Positions 39,522-48,515 of a stretch of DNA of 64,000 nucleotides are shown piece by piece. The DNA is from Macrostomum lignano (Eukaryota): positions 1 through 64,000 of the forward strand of contig NIVC01002634.1 of the NCBI GenBank assembly GCA_002269645.1, given 5' to 3'. A program made the position numbers and the translations under genes. The notes beneath the pieces were generated by a model. It worked only from the letters and a program-made list of their open reading frames with translations. It ran no database searches and had not been told where the DNA came from. Positions within the stretch are counted from its first letter, which is position 1; every line of letters starts with the position of its first letter.

Positions 39522-39707
39522 TTAGTGAGTGCCTCTTTCAGACATCGACCGGCCGCGGTTACTAACAAGGCAGTTGCTAACGCCACCTCCCAGGGTGCTC
39601 TCTGTGAATTCAAAGATCATTTGCTTGACGGTGAGGCCGCCATGGACAGACACGAAGGTGTCCAACTTGTGATTCACGGCACTCTGGTTGGCCCGTTCCA
39701 GGTGCAC
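39522..39707 (-). CDS. Putative orphan terminal exon of an unidentified gene
   Basis: CTGAC branch plus TTTCTCTAG acceptor, 61 codons with high GC3, TAA stop, AATAAA about 30 nt downstream (+ strand TTTATT 39488-39493). Confidence 0.45.
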   Translation of the reverse strand: MHLERANQSAVNHKLDTFVSVHGGLTVKQMIFEFTESTLGGGVSNCLVSNRGRSMSERGTH

Positions 39708-40003
39708 CTAGAGAAATCTGTCAGTAAAATATAATTTACGAATACTACTTACTAAACTAAGTAATAAGGCCGAATTGAAGGCTCGATTTTTTGCACTAAA
39801 TAACCAAGCAGCCCTCACCTTCATCATAACTTGAAAGAATAGTTAGGAATGCCTTTTGCCTACATCTATTGTTTGACGATAAGCAGATATCATACATGTA
39901 TTCAGCCTACTAAAAATTTGCGATTAAAACGTTATCAAGGCCAAGAATTGTCCCAGACTCACTTCTACGCTCCAGAGTCATTCCAGAGTTGTTACAGGTA
40001 CAA

Positions 40004-40041
<38 letters not shown>

Positions 40042-40050
40042 GCAACAACA

Positions 40051-40157
40051 CCCACCGGACTCTACGTTCGGTCTACAACCTTGTTGTAGCTCCTACTTGG
40101 CGCCGCGTTTTTGTCGCGGAGGGGAAACACGCCCAATGGGGGTGTACGAAGAGCGCC
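40051..40157 (+). ncRNA. Degenerate HDV-like ribozyme candidate at the 5' end of E4
   Basis: P1 CCCACC/GGAGGG (1 mismatch), P2 TGGCGC/GCGCCA, P3 GCG/CGC, L3 TTTTTGT, P4 40127-40145, J4/2 CGAA. Confidence 0.45.
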
Positions 40158-40234
40158 ATAACCCGGACACTGCGTCCAGCGAGCGTGATTGTACTGGAAG
40201 AGGAGCCCGTATCGGTTTTAACACCGGGGGAGCC

Positions 40235-40306
40235 AAGTATCCGGCCCGCTACCTCCCCGCTCTTCTGTTGCTCAGGGCCGGCGATGTGGAGACCAACCCG
40301 GGGCCT
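40235..40306 (+). other. 2A-like StopGo peptide (YPARYLPALLLLRAGDVETNPGP)
   Basis: Exact D(V/I)ExNPGP motif preceded by a Leu-rich helix, N-terminal to the PHD/APE domains. Confidence 0.88.
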
Positions 40307-43012
40307 GCCAACAGCTGCGGATACGTCAGCTGCGGCCGCCCTCTGCGTGGCAAGTTCCTCACCTGTGCGAGATGTAACAGCCGCTTCCATCTGCAGAAGG
40401 ACTGCTCCGGGTTGAGTCGCTGGGCCGCGAACAAGGCCGCGGACGCCCAGGAATGGCACTGCGCCAATTGCGTGATCAGACCCACCACCCAGACAGACTT
40501 GTCGTCCTCTGACCAATCGTCCACCTCTACCTGCCAGCCCACGGAAGAGCACGCCACCCGCAGGCAAGCCCTGCTCAACCGTATCCGGCAAGAGAAACCT
40601 AAATGCAATCATTGTCGGAAACCGATGCGCGTCAGCTCCACCATCGCCTGCTGCAATGCCTGTGAAGGCTTCTTCCACAACGCCTGCACGCAAGCCTCGC
40701 GCGACCAGATCAAAAAAGAAATCAGTCGCGGGCTTTGGAGATGCGGTCATTGCACTGAAGCCGCCTGCCTCCAAGGCCCGCCCTCCCCTGAGGACCCTGA
40801 CCCCACTCCTGCTGGGGGGAGCCACCCGGAAGAGGGGTGGGACTGCAAGAAACCCGAGCTCAAAATCATTCAATGGAACGCGGACGGGATCAGCAACAAA
40901 ATGGGGGAGCTTGAGGACCTCGCATCTCGGCTTCAGGCCGACGTTATTGCGGTTCAAGAGTCGAAGCTCACCTCCTTCAACAAAACCCCCCGCATCCCGG
41001 GTTTCAGCACATTCGCAAGGACCGTAGAACCGCCCGCTGCGACCCGAACGTAAAAGGCGGCGGCCTGCTCTTCTTTATCCGGCAAGGCATCCCGTTCAAT
41101 AAACTCCAAGGATGGTCTGGAGGAACCACCGAAGGCTGTAGAATATCGATCAGCACCTCGGCCAGACAAAAACTTGTCATCGCCAACATTTACCGCCCCC
41201 CCCATCCGGCGCGTGGAAGGCGAAGATCACCGTGAGCACCCCAGTGTCGATTCCTGGCTCAGATGCTTTCACAGGGAAATCCTGCTTGGTGACCTAGCAG
41301 GATGGGTTGGTGATCGGAGCCGAGCTCGGTGAGCGGTTTTCCGCTCAGAACACACCACACACACTGCCTGGGGCAGCGATCCCAATCAAGGACCTGAAGG
41401 TGCAGCACAAGCTCAGTGCCTGGTCGACCGGTGCAACTCCGTGGACTACCGCATCCTGAACTCAGGGGAACACACCTGCGTTGACAGGCGCACCGGACGG
41501 ACTAGTGCCCCCGATCTCACCATCGCTAGCCAATCTGTCGCCGACCTCTGTAAATGGCAACCGCTCACCGAGCTCGGCTCCGATCACCAACCCATCCTGG
41601 TGACCGTCCGGGAATCCCGCGAAACCTCGAAAATCAATGACGGCTCCATCAAGAAACAGATTGCCAGGCTCTGCTCGGGCATGCTTAAAGCAGTCAAAGC
41701 TGCTATCCCGCTCAAAAAAGTCTCTGCCAAAAACAAGCCATACTGGGATGAAGAACTTACCGAAATTCGCGACACTCGGAACCGGCTTAGGGAATCTGGC
41801 GCCCATCCTGGCGAGTGGCTCGAAAAAAGTCACGAACTGTCCAAACTCTGTGCCATTAAGAAAGCCGAATTCTGGAAGGAGTATATCAAGAAAATGTCCG
41901 ACTCTGCCGACCCAAAACAAGTCTGGAGGACCAATAAGTGCCTCAGCAACGGCAAGCAACAAGCTCCTCCCAACGAATCTCTCATTGTTGACGGTCGAGA
42001 ACTGCGCACCGACAAGAAGAAGGCCAACGCCTTTGGCCGCTATTACCAAAACATCAGCACTCTGAAACACTCGGCGGCAGACCGCAAGGTCAAAGTGGCC
42101 ACATCCCGTCGCCTGGCCCAATACTCCACCGACGACGACCTTTACTGCCGTGACTTCACCCCTGGTGAGCTGGAACGGGCCATTGGCAAACTTGACCCCA
42201 GCAAAAAATGCGGTCCCGACGAAATCGAAGCTGCCTTCTTCATCCACCAGCCGGACTCTTGGATGACGGCCTGGCTGGCCGTCTTCAATCGTTGCTGGCG
42301 TACCGGACACTGCCCTGGAGTCTGGAAAAAGGCCGTTATCGTCCCTCTGCCAAAAGACGGAAAGGACCCCAAAGACCGCGGTAGTTACAGGCCTGTCAGC
42401 CTCACCTCCGTCTGCGGGAAGACCCTCGAACGGCTTATCCTCGATCGCCTCTATCGCTGGCTCGAGCTTCACAACATCATTCAGCCCTGGCAGGCCGGTT
42501 TTCAACGCAGTCGCGGCTGTGAAGAGCAAATCGCCCGCCTCGTTCAGTCTATTCAAGATGGCTGGGAGAAACGCCCGCACCTGAAAACCGTGGCCGTCAT
42601 CATCGACTGCTCTCGCGCTTTCGACCGTGTTTGGCGCGCTCGCCTTATTGGTCGCATGATGGATGAAGGCGTCCCTGCCTGTATGGTGCGTTGGTTCACC
42701 AGCTTTCTAGAAGGCAGGCAGATCGCTGTGCGGATCGGCTCCTCGCTTGGGAAATGGCGCAGACTGAGGGAAGGCGTCCCCCAGGGCGCCGTCAGCTCGC
42801 CTGCCCTTTTCCTCCTCTATGTTAACAAGTGGTCCGGCCACACCATGCCCCTCGTCGACTACAGTGGCTATGCAGACGACCTTGCCCTCTGGAGCACGGG
42901 CCGGAACCTCCCGGAAATCCAGGCTCGCCTCCAATCCGCCCTGCAACTTGTCGAGGAATGGGCCGCTCATCTGCGCATCGACATCAACCCCTCAAAAACT
43001 GAGGCATGCCTC

Positions 43013-43368
43013 AGGGGGCCGTAGCCCAGCGGTAGCGCAGCTGCTCTGGTGTGCCAGCGACCCAGGCTCGATTCCAAGTGCAGTCACATTAATTTGGGAC
43101 TGAATTGGAATCTCGGCTTGGCTCTGCTCGTGCAATTAACGGCCTTGAGAGCCAACCGCCCAAGGCGCAGTGAAGTGTACATGACTAAATATAAAGTTAG
43201 GGCCGCAGTACACTCCTGTGTGAGTGTGTGCCTGCGTACGTATCCGCGCGCTTGTATGCCTGCTCAGGGGAGTCGGCGGAATGGGCAGTAATGCCTCTCG
43301 CCGGTTGTGTGCCCATGTCGCTTAAAGTGTGCCAGGGTGCACACAACCCCCCTGCCTCTAAAAAAAAA
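43013..43368 (+). mobile_element. tRNA-derived SINE (~356 bp) inserted in the E4 RT
   Basis: 12-bp TSD GAGGCATGCCTC (43001-43012 / 43369-43380). A box TAGCCCAGCGG, B box GGCTCGATTCC, poly(A) tail. The E4 RT frame resumes after the TSD. Confidence 0.92.
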
Positions 43369-44974
43369 GAGGCATGCCTCTTCTCTCGTGACAGATCTGA
43401 CCGTCAACGAAACCCCAGCCTTACCCTCCGGGGCCAACAGATTCTTTTCAAGCAGGAGATTAAGTTTCTCGGAATCTGGATTGACCAAGGTCTGCTATTC
43501 GAAAAGCAAACTGACTCCGTCAGGGAGAAAATGTTTCGCCGAGCTGCCATTCTCCGTGCCCTAGCCCACCGTGAATGGGGCTGGGATCGCAAGCTACTGC
43601 TGCGAGTCTACCGGGCTCTTGTGGAATCCGTCGTGTGCCACGCCGCCGCGGCTTGGACGCCCTGGCTATCTGCGACCCGTCTCAACGCCATCGACCGTGC
43701 CCAGCGCGAGGCCCTCCGGGTTGTCACTGGTCTCCCTCGCTCGACACCGGTTGAGGCCATCTACTTTGAGTCGGGAATCCTTCCCATCAGCCTCGAAGCC
43801 CGCCGAAGATCGCTACTTGCGGTTGAGAAAGCGCTCCGCAGACCCCCCCCCCCACCCCCGACGACCCCTTCTGGCAGCTTTGCGAGCGCCGCCAGGACAC
43901 CCGGCTTTCTGCCAACCGTGGCCTCCGCGAACAAGCTAGACGAATCACCGATGAGCTCCTTGGCGGACATTGCCTTGCTAACAGCCACATCCGGCTCCCA
44001 CCCTGGAACTCTTTGGCCGACGCCGGAGTGCGCATGTTCACTAAGCTGCTGTTCGAGCCACTTGAAACCGACGCCGTCCAGGCGGTCCAAGCCACCACGA
44101 CCGCGCGCTGCCCGAACGCCGCCACTTACTTCACCGACGGATCCGTCTCGGGTGGCGTTAAAAACGGAGGCGCGGCCTGGATTCTCTTGAGCCAGGACGG
44201 CTCTATCAGCCGGAGCGGGCGAGTGGCCGCGGGCCGCTGGTGCAGCTCCTTTGAGGCTGAACTCATCGCCATCTTCCAGGCGCTAAGCGACATCACTGCC
44301 AACCCCCCGAAAGAGGCTGCCATTCTCACCGACAGCCAGAGCGCCATCGCGGTTCTAAAATCCGATCGTCCATCCACTAACCCGCTCGTGGAGAGCGTTA
44401 AGAATGCCTTTACACCGCCGCCCGTCGTTCGAAGATCATCCTGCAGTGGGTGCCCGGGCACGCCGGAATCCCCGGAAACGAACTTGTGGATGCCGAGGCC
44501 AAACTAGCGGCCACGCTGCCTCAGGAACATGTCGGCATCACCCTGGATTCGGCGAGGGCCCGCATCCGAGGGGCTGTTAATTACTCGCCCAACATGACAG
44601 GCCACCTGTTTGAGGTCTATGGCCAAAAGATTACGATGCATGAGAGCCCGCACAGACAACAGGTCCTGGTCTCGCAGGTCAGCCCCAGCAGCTAATCGCC
44701 GGGCACTGTCCTGCATCGACCTACTACCGCAACCGCATTAGCATTGAGGTCGGGGGCAACTGCCGTCTCTGCGCGGAAGAGGTTGATCAGTACCACCTCC
44801 TCAACTGCCCGGCCCTGGACGTCCAACGCCGTACTCACTGCATTACCGAAATGTGTCAACTCGCTCGCTCAGACGCAGTGGCGCTTCTCCTAGGGGCCAT
44901 CGGTTGGTGTCCCCTTTAGGAGAGGCTCACCGCATTCAACAACAACAAAAGCAACAACAACAACAACAAAATAC

Positions 44975-46447
44975 GCGACCCAGCATGCACAGTCACAGTT
45001 AGAGCAGGGCACGTCAGATGGCGCGCCGCAGAGCCTGGGAGCGAATAAAGTCCGCTCCGTTGGCAGTGTCGGGCGCCCCAGCGTCGCACAGCAGGCAGTC
45101 CACGTATCGGCGGGTTCGGGCCTGACCCCGCCTTCTTCGCCGGCATCGTGAACGCGCCCGCGTCGCCGCTGCCCGCTAGCTTTGCGCTCCCACTGGACAC
45201 GCCGCTCCCAGCTGAGGAGGATATCTGCACCAGACCAGTCACCACGCAGGACGTTGTGCTGTACGCGCGGAAAACATCAGGCGGCAAGGCGCTCGGCCCC
45301 GACGAAGTCCCGGTCGAAGCGCTGCGGCTCCGCTGTGTGGCCTCCCAGGTCACAGGCGTCATGAACCGCGTGCCCGCCGGCGCTCCTGCGCCTACCGAGT
45401 GGACCGTCGCGCACATCGTGCCGATCCCGATGAAGGCAGGGACAACGCGGAAAGAAGACCACCGCGGGATCTCGCTGATGTCCTGCACCGCGAAGCTCTT
45501 CAACCGGCTGCTGCTCGATCGTCTGCAGTCGGTGCTGGACCCGTACCTGCGGTACGAGCAGAACGGATTCCGGCCGCAACGCGGTACAGTGACACAGATC
45601 CTCGCACTCCGCCGTGTCATCGAGGAGGCGCGCATCCGCCAGTCTACGCTGATCATTGTCTTCGTTGACTTTCGAAAGGCGTTTGACTCAGTGTTGAGAG
45701 CCGCGCTTCCCTTTGTCCTTCGAGCCTAGCGGGTACCCCAGCAGCTAATCGACGCTGTCATGGTGCTATATTGCGATACTCGAGCTGCTGTGGTGACGGG
45801 GGACGGCCTGTCTGACCTGTTCGATACTTCATCAGGAGTTCTGCACGGCGACACGCTAGCTCCGTTCCTCTTCGTGCTGCTGCTGGACTGGGTGCTTCGG
45901 ACCTCACTCCCCACGGCTAATGACGGCTTCCTGCTGCGCAGACGCATCGATCGCCGCCACGGCGGAAAGCGCCTAGGCGTGCTTGGCTACGCCGACGACC
46001 TCGCCCTCCTGTCCTCGTCCGTTGAAGGCGCCCAGCGCCAGATCGACAGGCTGGTCGAGGTGGCATCGAGCGTCGGTCTGATCGTCAACACGCTGAAGAC
46101 CGAGGTGCTGACTGTGCCGGCCGACATCCCAGCGGACCTGACGTGCCGCGGCGCAGAAGGGCAGACGACCAGGCTTGCATGCTGCAAGCGGTTCACCTAC
46201 CTCGGCGGTCTGGTGCCCCACGTGGAAGAGGACCTCCGGCGGCGCAGAGGACTTGCCTGGGCGGCCTTTCGTTCGATCCGAGCCGTCCTCCAGTCCGAAG
46301 CGCTGCCCGACCGCCAGAGGGCTCGGCTGTGGCAGGCGGTGGTCGAAACCGTCCTGCTCTACAACGCCGAGACGTGGACGCTGACGGCTACGCTAGAGCG
46401 GTAGCTGGACTCGGCGCACTCAGGGCTGCTCCGAGAGCTGACGAGAG
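44975..46447 (+). mobile_element. Degenerate RTE/RTEX-like LINE, 5' part (RT domain)
   Basis: YEQNGFRPQRGT, FVDFRKAFDSV, GVLHGDTLAPFLF, YADDL; in-frame TAGs at ~45728 and ~46402. Confidence 0.8.
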
Positions 46448-46448
46448 T

Positions 46449-46696
46449 GCACGCGAAGGCGTATTCAGCATGCCAGTGAAGTATGAGACAGACCAGGCCT
46501 TTGGGCTAAGGTCTGCGATGCTTCACGCCTGCCCCTATCTTTAGCAGGTCAAGGCTGGTGGGAGGTCTGCACCCTCTATTTGCCTCTGGCAGCCGCAGAC
46601 CCCCCCCCCACGCTGTCTCGCAAGTCGACCCAGGGTACTCGTCCCCGCGTGTGTTCAAGGCAGACCCTAGGGCTGCTGGACAGACTGGGCTCCGGC
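46449..46696 (+). ncRNA. Predicted HDV-like ribozyme at the 5' end of E3
   Basis: P1 GCACGCG/CGCGTGT (G1.U), P2 CCCA/TGGG plus extension, P3 GGG/CCC, L3 TACTCGT, P1.1 AC/GT, P4 46655-46680, J4/2 CAGAC. Confidence 0.78.
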
Positions 46697-46967
46697 GCTG
46701 GCGACCCTATCCAGTGGCTTCGGCCGAATTTGGGTATGCGGGTCTGGCTCGCCGACCTGCAGGCCGTGGTACTGCTCAACGTACTCTCTAATGCCTAAGG
46801 TGTTGACCGTGCCGATGGGCTGGAAGGCCGGGGAGTAGTCCGGTCGCAAGCGGTCCCCCTCCTGGTGTCGGGCCAGCCTTGAGGGTTCGATTGGCCTACT
46901 GCCCGGTCAGGTGGAGCGGCCGGGTGGGTACCGCGCCCCTTTGAGGGTAGCCCACCAACCTTTTATC

Positions 46968-48476
46968 ATGGCCTTCGAGCCGACTATGGATAAACAAGCT
47001 ATTTCTAGGGACGGGGACCCTTCTAAACCCCAACCTCAGTCCGAAGGACCGGCCGGCCCTGCTGGCAGATCCCAACCGACTGATTCAACTGTGGCAAAGG
47101 AAGGACCGGCTGGCTCTGCTGGCAGATCCGACCAGAGCTACCAAACTCAAAATACCCAAAGACCTGCCAGCTCCGCTGGTGGATCTAAGGGAACCGCGAG
47201 CTCTGAGCCTAAAGGACCGGCCAAATCTGGCAGATCCGATGAAGCTCAGCGGGCTCGGCTTGAGCGCAAACGCGCTAAACAACGCGCCAAAAGGCAGGCC
47301 AAGAAGGGAGCTGCGGGGGCCAAAGCGGCGGCGTCCACCATGGATGCTGAAGCGACTGGAGTCCCAAGGCAACCAGGCGGGCCGGCCGGTGGAAGCTCCA
47401 GTAGTTCAGCGGCGGCGCTCCCTGGAGCTGCTGCCGCGGCTGCTGAGGCCGAAACCACGGCGCAACAAATGGCCACTGCCAACAAGGAGGTTCCTTCGGG
47501 AGCTACCTTTGCGGCGAAGGCCAAGGCCAAAATCCCGGGAGTGATCATCCAAGGTCGCGACCAGGACTGGACCACTGATCAGCTTCAAAAAGTGTGGAGT
47601 GCTGTTGACTCCTATCTGATTGAGCTGACTGTCGAGGAGGGAATCTCCATCGGCATTGAGCGGATGGTGCTGCGAAGCACATTCGTTCTTATTGCTCCTA
47701 GCAGCGAGGAGGACGCTCGGCGGCTGCTCCAGCGGCTGCCGACGGTCTCCTTGGATGCTGACCTTGGCGGAGCTCTTTTTCTTCGCGAGGGCCAGCGTCC
47801 AAAGACGATACCCTACGTGGTTTTCGTCCCTGCTAAGAGCACCGCAGCTGGACCACCTGACGTTATCCGCCGGGTCCTACTGCGTCTGAACCCCGACCTC
47901 CCTGCTAGTGGACTGGTGTATCACCGCCGAGTCCGCAGGGGGGAGACGGGCAACTCAATTGTCCTCGGCCTTTCCAGCACTTGGGCGAGTCGGTACCCTA
48001 ATGGATCCTCTTTCCAGCTGGGTGCCCTCAAGCTCAAGATGCGCCGAGGAAAGTCTGCCAAAGGGAAGGCTACTGCCAACCCCGGCATCTCCGGCAAGAG
48101 CGGGGCGCAGTCTAAGGCCCAAGGAAAGGCGCAAGCCGATCCCAAAGCCAAAGCTGTGTCTCGCCCCTCTGCTAGCAGCAGTTCGGCAACCGCGGTAACG
48201 GCTCCGGCCAAGCCCCGGGAACCAAATCTGCCAGTCGGAGAAGGAGTTGAGGACGAGGCCGGGTCTTCGGAATCCGAGCTCTCCTCGGCCACCCTGGTGG
48301 GGTCTGAAGGTAAAGATGCAGATGAGGAAGCTTCCTCCATCCTGTCGTCGGAGCCTGAGGACTCTGCTGGGGGGGCCGGTGGGGGTGAGGAGGCCATGGA
48401 CGTCGACCAACTCCCATCTCCCAGTCAAGCCCCAGCGGCCTGGGACGAGGACGATCTGTTGTCCAAGTCTCCTTGA
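46968..48476 (+). CDS. E3 ORF1, intact (DUF4780-like central domain, low-complexity termini)
   Basis: Open frame 46911-48476 with first ATG at 46968; PGVIIQG..WTTDQLQKVW..VVFVPA..LNPDLP aligns with E1 ORF1. Confidence 0.8.
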   Translation: MAFEPTMDKQAISRDGDPSKPQPQSEGPAGPAGRSQPTDSTVAKEGPAGSAGRSDQSYQTQNTQRPASSAGGSKGTASSEPKGPAKSGRSDEAQRARLERKRAKQRAKRQAKKGAAGAKAAASTMDAEATGVPRQPGGPAGGSSSSSAAALPGAAAAAAEAETTAQQMATANKEVPSGATFAAKAKAKIPGVIIQGRDQDWTTDQLQKVWSAVDSYLIELTVEEGISIGIERMVLRSTFVLIAPSSEEDARRLLQRLPTVSLDADLGGALFLREGQRPKTIPYVVFVPAKSTAAGPPDVIRRVLLRLNPDLPASGLVYHRRVRRGETGNSIVLGLSSTWASRYPNGSSFQLGALKLKMRRGKSAKGKATANPGISGKSGAQSKAQGKAQADPKAKAVSRPSASSSSATAVTAPAKPREPNLPVGEGVEDEAGSSESELSSATLVGSEGKDADEEASSILSSEPEDSAGGAGGGEEAMDVDQLPSPSQAPAAWDEDDLLSKSP

Positions 48477-48515
48477 TGGCCCTGGGCTCTAGCCAGACAT
48501 TGCATTTAATACAGT

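Larger units (their letters stand above)
40051..44972 (+). mobile_element. Ingi-like (I-group) non-LTR retrotransposon E4, full-length but disrupted: 2A-PHD-PHD-APE-RT-RNase H-Zn, (CAA)n tail
   Basis: DVETNPGP at 40283-40306; two C4HC3-like clusters; IIQWNADG/VQESKL APE; GVPQGAVSSP and YADDL RT; FTDGS..EAEL..TDSQS..WVPGHAG RNase H. Frameshifts and a SINE insertion. Confidence 0.85.

Noticed and set aside
43013-43090. Functional tRNA gene
   Set aside because: A and B boxes are present, but it continues into a 280-bp body with poly(A) and a TSD, so it is a SINE head.
46697-46740. Alternative J4/2-P2' (CGAATTTGGGT) for the E3 ribozyme
   Set aside because: The equivalent E1 sequence lacks a free CNRA. 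The nearer C(T/A)GA-CTGGG register fits both elements. It could still be a competing fold.
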